64,000 bases of DNA from Chrysomallon squamiferum (Eukaryota; Animalia; Mollusca), in NCBI GenBank assembly GCA_012295275.1, contig CM022670.1, forward strand, positions 19,158,001 through 19,222,000. Direction: 5' to 3'. The position numbers and the translations under genes are program-made. Every line of letters starts with the position of its first letter. The first letter of the stretch is position 1. Of the stretch, positions 33,783 through 46,900 are shown piece by piece. The notes beneath the pieces are model-generated. The model made no database searches. It saw nothing but the letters and a program-made list of their open reading frames with translations, and was not told where the DNA came from.

Positions 33783-36700
33783 GCACACACACACACACAC
33801 ATATGTATACAATTACATAAATGCTAAAGCTATATATATTTTCATAATATATATATTGACACACAATATATAACACAGAATTTTCACTAAGACAGATACC
33901 ATACACTTATTTAATTCAAATAAAATGATTAGTTTAAGACACTGGTAGCACTGTTTACTGTTTACAGTTAAGTCAAACATTTTATTTTATTTTGTTATTC
34001 TTGTGAAATGTTTTATCTTCCGGTGACATATGTACACTGACAACAAACACACGAACTGATTATTTTATTACACAATAATGTTATCCCCTTCAGAGACCAA
34101 TATGTTTGGAGTTCTGAAACACACTAACCTTCACTTACCATTAATAAGTCAATTAACTTTTGAAAATACTAATATTAATAAACTAACTACTGAAAATACT
34201 AACATTAATCAATTACTGAGAATAGTAATATTAAATAACTATTGGAAATATAATCTTTAATCATCCACAGAAAATACTAATATTAATCAACTAACCACTG
34301 AAAATACTAATATTAATCAACTAAACATTGAAAATACTCAAATAAATCAAGTAACTAATGAAAAATACTAATATTAATCAACTATTGAAAATGTTAACAT
34401 TAACCAAAGAGAACTTACCCAGAACTGTCAGTGAGATACTGATAGCAGCTCGAGTCTCCCACAATACAATCTTCACACACTGCTAAATCTGGTGGACATC
34501 TCTTCACCATCAGTGTAACACCCTGTAATATACACATTTAAATATTTACTTAATTATTTTGTAATACACAAATAAATAAATAAGTAAATTAATAAATAAA
34601 TAAACAAATAAATATCCTTTGTTTAATGTGGTACATAATAAGTGTGCATAATAAAAATTGTAATAGCACCAGTAACAGTGTTTTCAAAAGAGTAATATTA
34701 GTTGTAGATGAATAATAATAATAATAATAAATACAAAATTAGTAGTAATAGATAATAGTACAAGTGGGATCAGGCTGCAAGTCAGTGATCAGAAAGCTGA
34801 CCTGAAGCATGATGGGTAATACTTTTATTTCCTGTCCTAGTTAATGCTCAAAAACTGATTCATCAAAAGCTCTGATATAAGATTTCCTGTTTCTGAGATG
34901 TTTTATATAACCAATTGATGCTACCATAAATGTATGAATATATGATAATTTTACAACAACAACAATAACAAGTTATATTTCTATTCTTTCATGTAAAAAA
35001 TGTAAATGATGGTTTAAGCAGCAGTTTGGCTAGGTAACCTGAATTAACGTCTCTCAGACAGTTTTTTAAAGCCTGGCTACAACATTTCTGTTTGTCAAAC
35101 AAATATGTTAAACACAGTTGGAGGTTCTTTTCAAATGAGTTTGAAATATTCAGATTAAATCTATTTGTATTAAAACTAAAGATAAGTCAGGATATATGTT
35201 TGTATGTGTGTATTTGTGCATACAAGTGGTTGTGTGTGATTGTATTGTTGTTTGCTATGTGTGTATGTATGTCTCTGTAGAGGTAGAAAAATAGTATACT
35301 TGTGAGGATAAACATATGTATGACTAAATATGTTCATGTATATGTGTAAGCATCAGTGTTATTATTATATGAAAGAATGTCTATATTCAAATTTCTGCAT
35401 ATATGCATATGTAGTAACATATCAGTATCTGCACATATGTAAGTATGTGTGCTTGGGTAAATATGAATTTCTATCATAGCAAAGTGCTATCCTGGTCACT
35501 GTGAAACACTATCAGTCAGACACACACATTTACCATGCACAAGGATTAACTGTCAATCAAACAGTATTTAATCATGTGTCAAGATTAAGTCAGACTGTAA
35601 AACCAGTTCACGACTGAGCTAACATCAGAGAACAGCTCCCTGACACTGTAAGAATTTAGTCCACAAGTTATGCCAGCCATGATTAAGTTGTGTATACAGT
35701 TTATTTAGCAAACAGCGTCATTAAATGGTCAATGCAGAATACCATTTCAGTACAAGGTGTGAATGTTATCCTACTGTTTAAGAAAGTGCATTAAAGAAAA
35801 TTATCACATACACAAATGCATGTATATTCACATGCACACATGCATGCCTGCACACATAAAGTACTCCAACAAAACAATACTTCATCTTCACGAGCAAAAA
35901 AAGAAAAACATCAATAATTAAAAGCACTAATTTAATTGCAAGCTAGGGAAAAAACCTATTACACATTAAGAATTATTATCATTTTTATAAAAGCATAAAA
36001 TATAAAATGTTTGACTTACCTGTCCCTGTTTCTTTACTTCCACCTGATGCCAGTATCCATCAGACACTGATGATACCACTGTTAATCTTTTGGGCTGAAC
36101 AGATCCCAGTTTGAATGAAAATCTTACATTTCCTTTAACTATCTCCAGTGCAACAAATCCAAGTGGTAAGCCATTGACTTGCACAATGTTTAATAACAAA
36201 AGAGCATTTTCTTTGACTGTGGCAAAATTGACATTGATTTCAAAACTGTTAAACTGTGTCATGGAAGAATGGAGGATGTATGAACCCTCATTGAATCCTC
36301 GGCTTAATTTTTCACATCTTGAACCAAAATATTCATATTTGCAATTGCAGATGTAACCATTATCAACATCTTTGCATGTGCCACCGTTTAAACATGGATG
36401 AGATCTGCAGTGACTGCTGCTTTCACACAAGTTGCCATAGAAACCATCTGCACATCTGCAGTAGAAAGATCCTTTTGTATTGATGCAGGTTCCACCATTG
36501 TGACATGGATTTGTACGACATTCATTGACATCATCCTGACAGCTGGGTCCACTCCAACCTGACATGCATTGACAATGTTTATTACCATCATCACTTGTTA
36601 AGCAGGTACCTCCATTGTAACAGTAATCACTTCCACATTTCTCCAATGGAATCTCACAGAACTGGCCAGTATATGAAGGCATGCACAAACAAACTTTCTC

Positions 36701-39700
36701 AATGTTTGGTGTAGCTGATGTCCAAATCAGTCTGGGTGAGTCATTGATCATATAGCCAGGTGACATCACAGTTCTTGTGTCACAGGTACCAGAGTTCTTG
36801 CAAGGATTACTTTCACAGGATCCATAGGACACAGCCTTCACCCGAACTCCTGAAGCTTTCTCTATGTTGTGTTTAGCATTATTAAGCTGCAGTTCTAATG
36901 AAGATTTTGAAATGAATTCTCCATTTTGTTTTTGGACAGCCAGGAAGATCAGAACATCAAAGATGAATGGTTTCATGCTGTAGACAATAACAGAATTCTG
37001 AATCCCAACCACACTTCTAATGGCTGTCATGAATGAAGCATACTGCAGTTCCAGAAATGATTCCATGGAAATGTTTCCTAAGAGTATGGCAACAGAATTA
37101 TCAATTGTCCTGTTCTTGTAATGGGTAATACTGATTGATATATCATAGGTTACAGCAGGATGATTTGGATTTCCATCAGAACCATTTATCTTCAAGGAAT
37201 ACAACTCTTTGAGAAGTGGGTTGTTTGTCACACGCAAGTCACAGTTTTCAAAAATCGAGAAAGTTTCATCTCCATTTATGATTGAGCAGGAATAATTTCC
37301 CAGCACATCAGGATCTGCTGGTTTGACATCTGCTATTTTCCCAGCAGTTTCCATCCCATCAAGAAGCATTAGTGATACCAGCAATTGTCTGCTTTCAGGA
37401 GGACTGTCATTTTCATCCATCACTCTTACAGTGAAAGAAAGTGTGGATGTCTGGGCTGGAATTCCTCCATCAACTACAACAACAGGTACAACAATCACAG
37501 GTGTCACTTCTCTATCTAACTGCTTCTTTGTTGTCACTATTCCACTTCTTTCACCTATCTCAAACTGCTGCATTGCTGGAACCCTCAGTTCATGGTAACG
37601 ATAAGGACCTTGGTTAGGAGATGAATCTGGATCAGATGTGTATTGGGAAAGAGTTATCACATGGCTTCCACTCCTTTGATTTTCAAGAACACGAGCTTCA
37701 AGTATTGGGGGATCAAACTGTGGTCCGTTGTCATTGACATCCTCAAGTTGTATTATTACTGTAGATGATCCTATAAAAAACAGAATTAGAAAGTAATAAT
37801 GAAACAACACTTTAACAAAATTACAAAAATATCTAAAAAGTCTCTTTTAAAAGAAATAATAAGAATCTTAAAATTAATATTGAAAATATGATTTAATAAT
37901 ATGAAACCCTAATGACCTTTAAGTTATTATACTTTGCTATGTTACTGATAGTTCTTATGTTAATTCAACAAGATGAATAACTAACCTGTTTCAGGAGGTG
38001 TACCAGAATCAACAGCTCCAACTACAATACTGACAGAAGGTTCCTTCTCTCTGTCCAAAATTCCTTGACCTGTAGTTCTGATAATACCATTATGTGGGTC
38101 AATCTTGAACCTTGAGTTTTCATCACCAGAAATGATTGTGTACACAAACTGACGATTTTCTGGAAGCTTGTCATTATCAACTGCCAGAACCTGGATAACA
38201 GAGGTATCTCTAGGTGAGTTCTCTCTGATAGAGGCAGTGTATGGATGCTCACTGAAAACTGGTGGGTCATTGGAATCTTCAATAGTGATGATCACAACAC
38301 ACTGGTCAGTATCATTACCATGGATACTGCCCCAGTTCTTAGCCATCACTATGAGTTCAATCTGTGGTGATGACTCATAGTCTGGTCGTTTGGAAACATA
38401 AATTGTACCTGATCGATGGTCGATTTGAAATCCTTTCAGATTACTGGAGCCAATCAGAAAGTAATAAACAATTCCATCAATGCCATCATCTTTGTCTGAA
38501 GCAAACACTTGACCAACTGTGGAATTCAAAGCTGTTGACTCATGCACCTGAAACTGATATCTGACCTGGGTGAACTTTGGATAGAATTCATTAACTCCTG
38601 TGACATGTACATTGACTATAGTAACAGATTTCATGTTGACAGAGCCAGGATTCAAAGCCATGACAGAAAGCTCATAATGTTTTGTAACTTCATAATCCAA
38701 ATCTCCTTTCACTTTTAGGATACCAGTGTTTTGGTCAATAGAAAATAGAGTCTTAACTTCTTCATTGCTGCCAACAATGTTGTAACTAATGTCAGCATTG
38801 TTTCCACTGTCAGCATCATGAGCTTTTAGGGTGAAAAAACTTGTCCCAGATTTAGAATTTTCTGCTATGTATGCATCATAAACTGACTTGTTAAACAAAG
38901 GAGGGTTGTCATTGATATCTTGCAGAGATACTGTATAAATGACTGATGTTTTCTTGTACAAAAGACCCATATCCCGAGCTGTAATGTTCAGATAGTGTAC
39001 TGGCTCTGTTTCAAAATCCAATTCTTTTGCAACTTTTAAAATTCCATTTATTTTTCCTATGGAGAATAATGAATCTTTATTTCCAGATGTAATGAAGTAT
39101 TGGACTTGTCCATTCAAACCAGTGTCATCATCTGTGGCCAGAAAAGTGTCAATTTTGTATCCTACAGCAACATTTTCTCTAAGGCTCTTTCTGAAAACAG
39201 TATTTTTAAACACTGGGGCATGGTTGTTTACATCAGTGATGGTCAGGTGAACAGGAGCCGATGAAGACTGTGGTGGTGCTCCTTTGTCTGTTGCTGTCAC
39301 CATTAAGTATACATCTTGACTCTTTAAACCTAACAGAGAAGACTTGACATAAATAACACCAGAATCTTCATGAACTGAAAAGTATTGTGTTCCATTGCCA
39401 CTTGTTATGCTGTAGGACTTTTCAGCATTTATGCCAAAGTCTTTAGTATCTTCAGCCACAACTTGAATGACTGGATCATTGACTGCAGAATTCTGAGGAA
39501 CTGCAGAGAAATATTCATCTTCCAGAAACACTGGAGGATGGTCATTTGCATCAACTATGGTGATTACAATGGTTGTTTCAGATGACATCACAGGAGTACC
39601 CAGATCTGAGACTATGACATCCAGAGAATGTCTATTAGCTGGGGAAGGACCTTCTGCGGTATGAACATAAGCCATTGACTGAAGAGCAATCAGTTTTCCT

Positions 39701-42700
39701 GAATCTGCTTCTAGTTTGAACAGATCTGATGGACGTTTCAGTGAGAATATGAATCTGTTATTAGGGGCTGATACATCCTTGTCTACTGCCTTCAGAATGC
39801 CTATTAAAGTGTTTGGGTCCTGGTGTTCCTGGAAGTCAAAGCTTAGAGAGTCACCCAGGAAAAATGGTGCGTTGTCATTCTCATCCTTAATGCGAATGTT
39901 AACCCTTGTTGATATAGTGAATGCTCCATCAGTGACTTTTATTTCTGGAAAATACCTCTGATGTTTTTCAGCATTCAGAACAGCTTTTGTAGTGATATTA
40001 CCACTAGCTGAATCAATAGAAAATTCATCTAAATTGGATGTCAATTTATAATGTGGAATGGCATTTTCTCCAATATCTTTATCTGTGGAAGTAATCTGAA
40101 TAACAAAGGATCCAGTTGGCATGTTTTCTGAAATCTCAACTTTGAACTGGCGAGTGAATTTTGAAGGGTTGTCATTCTTATCCAGAACATAGACTTTGAC
40201 AGTGCATGTTGATGAAAGAGGATTTGAACCCTGAAGGTGAATAATAATTTTTATTTATTTATGAATTTAGTAATTAAACAGAAACAATTTTAAATAGTAA
40301 TTTGTTTAAATACTGTATAATTAAACTGTATGACCAAAATATATTTTATAAAGAAAAATATCTTAGAATGAGTAAATATACATAGCTTCAATGAAAAAAA
40401 AGATATTTTTAAAATATAAAAAAACACTTTCATAAAACAGAAAACTTCTGAGAAACAGAATAACTAATAGGTTTCCAAAATGCCACAGTGAACAGGAATT
40501 TGTTGGATTTTCTTTTTTTGAAAAACATGAAAAATATGCCATATTAAGAAGAAACAAGATTTAAAGAGAAAATTATACAAACTCACCAGATCTGTGGCTT
40601 TGATGATCAAATGGTAGTAGTCATATCCTTCCCTGTCCACAATGTTCTTGGTAGTGATGACACCAGAACTCTGACTGATAGTGAAAGTGTTGTTGCTGTT
40701 GCCACTCACAATAGAATACTGCAGTCTTCCATTGTCACCAGAATCAGCATCAGCTGCCTTGACAGTTACCAGTGTAGTACCTTTACCAACATTTTCTTGT
40801 ATTGTTGTGTTGTAAAGCAATTTCTCAAACCGTGGCGCATTATCATTGACATCCAGGACTTGTACTGGAAGTTTCTTGTATGAAAACAAAGGGGGAGAAC
40901 CTCCATCATTGGCCTCAATCCAGAGATCAAGATTTTGAGACGTTTCATAATCAATGACACCGTTTACTGAAACAGTTCCATTGGTACTGTGGATTGTGAA
41001 ACCATGGTTAATGTTTCCACCAGCAATGCTGTAAATAATTTTGTTGGTTCGAGTTGTTGTGGCTTTCACTGTTGTGAGGATCTTATGGACTGGTGAGTTT
41101 TCTAGAATTTGAAGATTTGACTTGAAAGAGTTGAAGACTGGACGTTGGCCATTGTTTACCAGCATTGTGATCTGAACATTGATACTTTGACTGAGAGGAC
41201 TGGTGCCCTGAAATAAAATTTACTTTCAATCTTAACTTCTTTATATTTTGTTGATTAAACATTACCTAATGTTACAAATTAAAAAAAACATAATTGTTTC
41301 AAACAGTAAAACATTAAAAACACACTGAACAATTAACTGACAATTACATGTAAAATTACATGTATGAACAGTGTTATTAGAGCATGCTTTATTGGAACAT
41401 CTTTGTACCAAAAATATATTAATGATGTAATGCCAAAATGTATTGGGATTTTAAGAAATATTCATTCATTCATATCCTTCATCCAGATGTTATATATGAA
41501 CAGATCTATATCATTAGGTGTTAATATTATATTTGAATCTGACTTTCATTTCCAACTCTTCAGAATAAGATTTATAAATATTTTGATAATTAATTTCTTA
41601 ATTTTTTTTCCCCAGAATTCTGGCAAATAAGTATTTTTCTTTACAGGATAAACCTACAACTTTTTCTGCATATCACAAACAAAATAGGAAGAAAAATTTA
41701 AATGAAAATATATATTAACAGAAAGAACTTAAATCATCACAGTGATCCATATTAAAAATTCCAAGAAATTTTAATCCACCGTGAAATTTTTATTTAATAA
41801 AACAATTTTTCACAACAATTAATGAACCCCTTAATAATAAATTTAAAAAATACCTTGTTGCTGGTAACAAATTTAAGTAATATATACTTTTTTTTTTTTT
41901 TTTTTAACCAAAAATCCTAACTTTTGCTGTCATAATTATTTCTGTGATCTAAATTTCTTTTCTTGGAAGTTAACAAACCTGGTCTGCTGCTGTCACTGCA
42001 AAGTTGTATGGTGTACGGGCCCCACTAAGACGTTGTGCTGCAGTGATAACACCAGTTTTTGCATTGATCTGAAACTTATTGGCATCTCTTCCTGACAATG
42101 AGTACATAACATTTCCATTGCTGCCAACATCAGGGTCAACAGCAGTTACGCCAAGAACAAAATCTCCTAAAATTAAAATAGTGAATAATAACAATAATAA
42201 TAAGAAGAATAAGAGGAAAGAAAGAAAGAAAAAAATAAAAATAAAGATCCTTAAAAATTTAAATATAATAATGAATTATGAATAAAAATAATAGTTTTAG
42301 TTAAAATAATAAATAAATAAATAAATATATAAATATTTATAATAATTAGAAGAATAAAGGTTCTGTTAATCATTAAAATAAATTATAAATAATAAGAATT
42401 AAATCTAAAAGAAAACAAAATTTCCTTTTAATTCTGTTATTTCAATATTTGTTTTGATAAAATAATAATTATAATAATAACAATAAAAAAAAACTAATTT
42501 TCTTTTAAAAGACTTATAAAGTTATCCAGAAAACATTATCTTTAATTTTAATTTATTATTTAATTATCAATTGTTTAAAATTATTCAGATTAATATTAAA
42601 AACACTGACCATTTTTATCATCAACATGATGAATAAACAAAATACTGTAATGAACAAAAATAATTTGAAAATAAATATTATAAATAAAATACAGAACCAA

Positions 42701-43113
42701 TTGTAATGGCAATTTAAAAAAAAATAAAATAAAATAACCTATTGAACTGGAAATAGTATTTGTTTGTGTATTTCATTTTTACCTGTGTTTGTAGGGTCAA
42801 GAATCACTTTGGAATAACCCTGCTGCTCAAACTGTGGTGCATTATCATTGGCATCATCAATGTAAATGGTGACATCAGTTGATACGGACTGTGGAGGGAT
42901 TCCCCTGTCTGTTGCTATGACAACCAAGTGGTATTTGTCATACTGTTCCCGATCTAGACTTCCAAGGGTAACAATAATTCCTGAATCAGGATATATTGTA
43001 AATCTTTCACCTTTGCTGTCAGCCAGACTGTAACTATAAATAAAATATAAAAAATTTGTTTTTGTTTTTGTTATTTTGTAACATATTTTAAAATAATAAT
43101 AATAGTATTAATA

Positions 43114-43200
<87 letters not shown>

Positions 43201-43885
43201 TGTATGTATTAAGTAAAGGAATACTGTTCTGTTATATCTATTTTCAACAGTAAATTGTTAAATTGTTGACACAGAAAAAAATCATTTCTAATAGGTTTCA
43301 TCATCTGCATTTTATTTGTTGCTATGACAAAGTGTTCTAATAATTTTAAATTCAAATTAAAATTGAATAATGCAGCAATGTTTAATATCGCAGGTTAAGA
43401 TTATTTAATATTTTACAAGGAATTATAAATTTAAATTTGTATTAAAAAATAAAAATTAAATTAAATTAAAAAACCTCACAATTTACCAGACATTAAAATA
43501 TCTAGGCCACACAAAGATATGAAAGAAAAATTAAGAAAAAATTGGTAATATAAAAAAAATTAAGACATTAAAAATTATTTAATAAGAGTCACCAATTTCA
43601 TTTTTATAAAATTCTGCCTTATTAAATAATAATTATACCAGTGTATTCAAACTCAAATGGCAAAGCAACGGAACAGTTGATAAACAAAAATTAATACATA
43701 CACAATCTGGGCATTTGCTCCTTCATCACTGTCGGTTGCTTTGACAGTAAGGACCTCTGTGTTGGCCAATTTGCCTTCCATCACATGACCAGTGTATGAG
43801 CCACCATTTTCAAAAACAGGAGCATGGTCATTGACATCTTGTACTTTTACGTGTATAGTACCTGTACCTGTGAGTCTTGGGTTAC
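28036..43885 (-). CDS. FAT4: Fat / protocadherin Fat 4 orthologue, 3' half (about 2,600 aa; roughly 12 cadherin repeats, EGFs, 2 laminin-G, TM, ICD); 11 exons, 5' part outside window
   Basis: Cadherin motifs (DxNDNxPxF, LDRE/LDYE, AxDxD), EGF repeats, two LamG domains and TM IGIIIVIVFFAVLIVAIIIVFIVW. ICD motifs HYDLENASSIAPSD, GLTVEEINRLN, DSFTCSE, LLNWGPNF and C-terminal EEYV are characteristic of the Drosophila Fat/vertebrate FAT4 subfamily. All 10 introns are GT-AG with consistent phase. Confidence 0.96.
30032..30293 (-). CDS. FAT4: Fat4 exon (LamG2)
   Basis: IKSGKVKF...VADGKWHNVTV...VDG...NTVA |gtaaaa. Confidence 0.93.
30613..30818 (-). CDS. FAT4: Fat4 exon (LamG2 N-part)
   Basis: WEPFGFDKDSTVKFKL...GRQRRAG...IKLRFLT...CVLW |gtatgt. 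Confidence 0.92.
31084..31397 (-). CDS. FAT4: Fat4 exon (end of LamG1 plus EGF)
   Basis: NNNLKGKSLSIGG...DFVGCLHSFTVNG...CQNGGTCSDEWSSARCSC...CEQ |gtattt. Confidence 0.94.
31833..32370 (-). mobile_element. Non-autonomous pogo/Tigger-type DNA transposon (internal-deletion derivative) in a Fat4 intron
   Basis: The left end reads TA|CAGTGGTACCTTGATTTATGAGT, with a perfect 17-bp inverted copy ACTCATAAATCAAGGTA at 32339-32355. Minus strand 32141..32001 reads LSAKKVSAKDSAEKKK*MMSIEIKLEIIDKHEGGVHVVNLAKQ*KHT, a decayed CENP-B/Tigger N-terminal HTH. Confidence 0.85.
33719..33801. repeat. Compound (CT)n(CA)n microsatellite
   Basis: Directly visible; generates the spurious ERERER ORFs. Confidence 0.95.
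34140..34405. repeat. Minisatellite, about 26-30 bp unit, about 9 degenerate copies
   Basis: Recurring unit close to ATTAATCAACTAACCACTGAAAATACTAAT. Confidence 0.85.
34419..34522 (-). CDS. FAT4: Fat4 small exon (Cys-rich insert in LamG1)
   Basis: tacag| GVTLMVKRCPPDLAVCEDCIVGDSSCYQYLTDSS |gtaagt; required for phase 0 to 2; not in the ORF track. Confidence 0.9.
36020..37770 (-). CDS. FAT4: Fat4 exon (last cadherins, EGF repeats, start of LamG1)
   Basis: ORF 35966..37810; CQDDVNECRTNPCHNGGTC EGF-Ca motif; donor cag|gtaagt. Confidence 0.96.
37986..40230 (-). CDS. FAT4: Fat4 large exon (about 7 cadherin repeats)
   Basis: GSNPLSSTCTVKVYVLDKNDNPSKF... continuous with ORF 37981..40122; donor g|gttagt. 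Confidence 0.96.
40587..41207 (-). CDS. FAT4: Fat4 exon (cadherins)
   Basis: GTSPLSQSINVQITM...IDYE...DVNDNAPRF...VDRE...KATDL |gtgagt. Confidence 0.95.
41979..42166 (-). CDS. FAT4: Fat4 exon (cadherin)
   Basis: DFVLGVTAVDPDVGSNGNVMYSL...VTAADQ |gtttgt. Confidence 0.94.
42783..43033 (-). CDS. FAT4: Fat4 exon (cadherin)
   Basis: YSLADSKGERFTIYPDSGII...SLDREQYD...IDDANDNAPQFE...NT |gtaaaa. Confidence 0.94.
43115..43190. repeat. (GT)n microsatellite
   Basis: Directly visible, interrupted by GTAT units. Confidence 0.95.
43702..43885 (-). CDS. FAT4: Fat4 exon (cadherin)
   Basis: GNPRLTGTGTIHVKVQDVNDHAPVFE...ATDSDEGANAQIV |gtatgt. Confidence 0.93.
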
Positions 43886-43898
43886 CTATAATAAAAAA

Positions 43899-43930
<32 letters not shown>

Positions 43931-43975
43931 TAACAATAACAATAACAATAATAACAATAACAATAATAATAAATA
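43899..43975. repeat. (AAT)n/(AATAAC)n microsatellite next to a Fat4 acceptor
   Basis: Directly visible; explains the Ile/Val-rich pseudo-N-terminus of ORF 43653..44045. Confidence 0.9.
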
Positions 43976-46900
43976 AATAAATTACAACAATAATAAGATT
44001 TAATAATAATATTAATAAAGAAAAATATTCATGTATAAAACACAATTTGTTTTTAGAAAATTAGCACTGATAAAAGGGTTATTATTTTCCCAATTTTCCA
44101 GCACCATACAAAATGGTCAAGAATAATTTGCATTAATAAATCTTAAAGTAACCACTATTCTATATGAATCTGATTTTCATTTCTAACTCTTCAGAATGGG
44201 ATTTGAAAACATTTTGATAATTAATTTCTACATGTCTTAATTTTCAATAGAATGATATTTAACAATATATTTGTGTTTGAATATCATGTTTGTTTATTTT
44301 TATCAGAATGGAAAAAATTAAGTAGAAAAGTTTCGTAATAGATGTAAGAAGTTTTATAGTAACTTTTGAAAACTGTTTTTTTAACAATTATATCTGCATG
44401 TATAAACTAATTAAAAATATTACAAAAATGAACATTGGATATAATTACTGGTATTTATTAGAATAAATTTCATTCTGACTAAATGTAGACTTGTAAAGAT
44501 CTTTTTATAAAATAAGGCATTCTAAAAATCTAGATAAGAAAGAAAATATTTGGCTGGAGTTATTTCATTTTGGCATATAGGACTCTAGATTTCCAATTTT
44601 TGGGGCAAGAACAGATTAAGTTATGTATTAAATACCTAACTAGAAAATAATTTTTTGAAAATCCAATATTTCAGCTTTTAGATATTAAATATGTCCATAC
44701 TAAACCGGCCGCTTTTCTCTACTTTTTTTGGTTTGTTGTTGTTGTAGATAGCTGGATGCATATTTGTGTACACAAAAAACCCATCTTGTGACTGTTTGAT
44801 CTGAAGCATATGCTATGCCAAGTAATCACATATTTCATCAAACATTTCACACACAGTAAAGGTCATACACACCTTCTCCAGTGTGTACCATGCTAGTAGA
44901 CTGAAAGAGCATTTGATAACCAAGATAAAACATAAACATAACAGTCTGTATGCCATACTGTCATCTTTAAGGCTTGTAGGTAACAGATATCTCTTGTTAA
45001 CGTGGCATGAAATGTAGAAGGAACAACTGTATATAATGAGTTGGAGATGAGACTTTTGTTGAAAGAAATTCATATGCTTCACAGAAATTCTAAATAATAT
45101 GACTGGACTTGTGATGTCAAGAAAATGAAGAGATAAGTGGGACAGTCAGTCAAGTGAAATAAGAAAATGAAATGCAATGGAGTGATGAACTGATACAGGA
45201 ATGCTTATGGAGGGATTAGAAACAGAGTAAAAGAAATAAGATATTTATGTAATAAGAAAACAAATTTAAACTGTCATAAATTTTGAGATATAATACACAC
45301 ACATATACACAAATAAAGAGGACAGAAACAATTGAGAATTCTGCTGCATGGAGAACACATTCCTCAATCACCATATCAGCTATCCAAGTTTAACCTATTC
45401 TTCACAGAATTACTGACTCATAAACACTTAGCAGTGTTATATTCTTTATCATCACAACTCATTCACTCGTTTACTGTCATCTCTTTCTCATATGAAGATA
45501 TTAACTTACTTGTTCTATTCTTATACTCACTTCTTCTACCTCACAGATATATATATATTATCTCTACAGTCATCACAAATATATAAATGATGCATTCCAA
45601 GACTGATACAGCATTAACCAACAAACTCTATAAACCATATTTACTCATTCATTCATCCAAGTTTATACAAAAACCATATGTGCAGAAAATACATTCCAAG
45701 ATTTTCCTAAAATATTACTGTAACTGTAATTCCAAAACAAAGTAACATATGCTTAGTCATTCACTTTCTTTCACTTGCACACAAAAACAAATAAAAAAGT
45801 CACATTCTAAGACTTGAGACAACATTTACCAACAATCAGCAATTGCCGACAGACTCAGCAATTCATTACTGTTGTCTTTAATCAGTCTGAAGAACTGCAG
45901 ATGTATGGAAATCACTCAGTGTTATCTGCTAGTTGCTATTATTTTCAACTGACATTGCCAGGTGATGCCTGGCAAGCCTGCTAGAAGATTTTTACTTTAT
46001 TAGTGTGTATCATCTCCTGACAGAAGTTGCATAATGACACACCACAAAGTGATGTAGCTAACAAAGCAATGATACAGTCTCTGCTGGCAAACCTCAGTTA
46101 TAACAATCCACAAATACTTCCATCTTGTTTTATAGGCAAGGCACAAGTGAACTGTATTTTACACTTCCTTAGACATTTTGGGTGTTGTTTTATCGACTGT
46201 ATTTCACTATTTTTTTCCAAAAAGGTATTACTTACATATTCTGATACTAACAACAGATTTCAGAAAGAGAGAGAGAGAGGAAAAAAATATAAAGCTATTA
46301 ACATGTAGCTTACTGTAACATTAGTTCTGTCTCTTGTTTTAAAAATGAAAGCTTGTTTTTTTTATTAAAAAAAGTTTTTGAAAAAAAACCCATCTAGATT
46401 GCTGTTCAGTAAGAAAGATTTAAATGTTTCTTTGTCTAAACTGTTAAATTTTAATTTTTATGTCTTTATAAATACACACATATACATGCATGACACAGAG
46501 AGGCAGACACTTAAAGAATAATACAAGTAAATATGTATATAGATATATTAAATACATTTGTGTGCTTGTGTGTGTCTGTATACTCTTAAAACATAAAAAG
46601 AAAATATAAAGAAGGAGAAAAAATTCAACAATGTGAATTTTTTTAGAGATCTCTAAAACAATATGACATTTAGAAAGCAGGCTACTCCATCACCTGGAAG
46701 TGATGTAATGTGATTTTTATTTACATGTTTCACAAGACGTTTTCCCACAGACTGAGACTAGCATGTGCACATTCTAAACAAGAGAATAAACTCAGAAATG
46801 ATCACATTGCTAACATTTGCACATAACATTTTCGTGAGGTCTTGCACATGTGAACTTTTGCTGCAGACGTTTTGCATGAGGAGCAGGAAAGAAATGATAA

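Noticed and set aside
33596-33906. ERERER/CVCV ORFs
   Set aside because: Translation of the (CT)n(CA)n microsatellite.
28337-40960. Plus-strand and off-frame ORFs overlapping Fat exons
   Set aside because: Shadows of the Fat coding strand.
44820-44900. HTGE-like zinc-finger linker on the minus strand
   Set aside because: An isolated 4-residue match with no correctly spaced C2H2 ligands and nearby stops.
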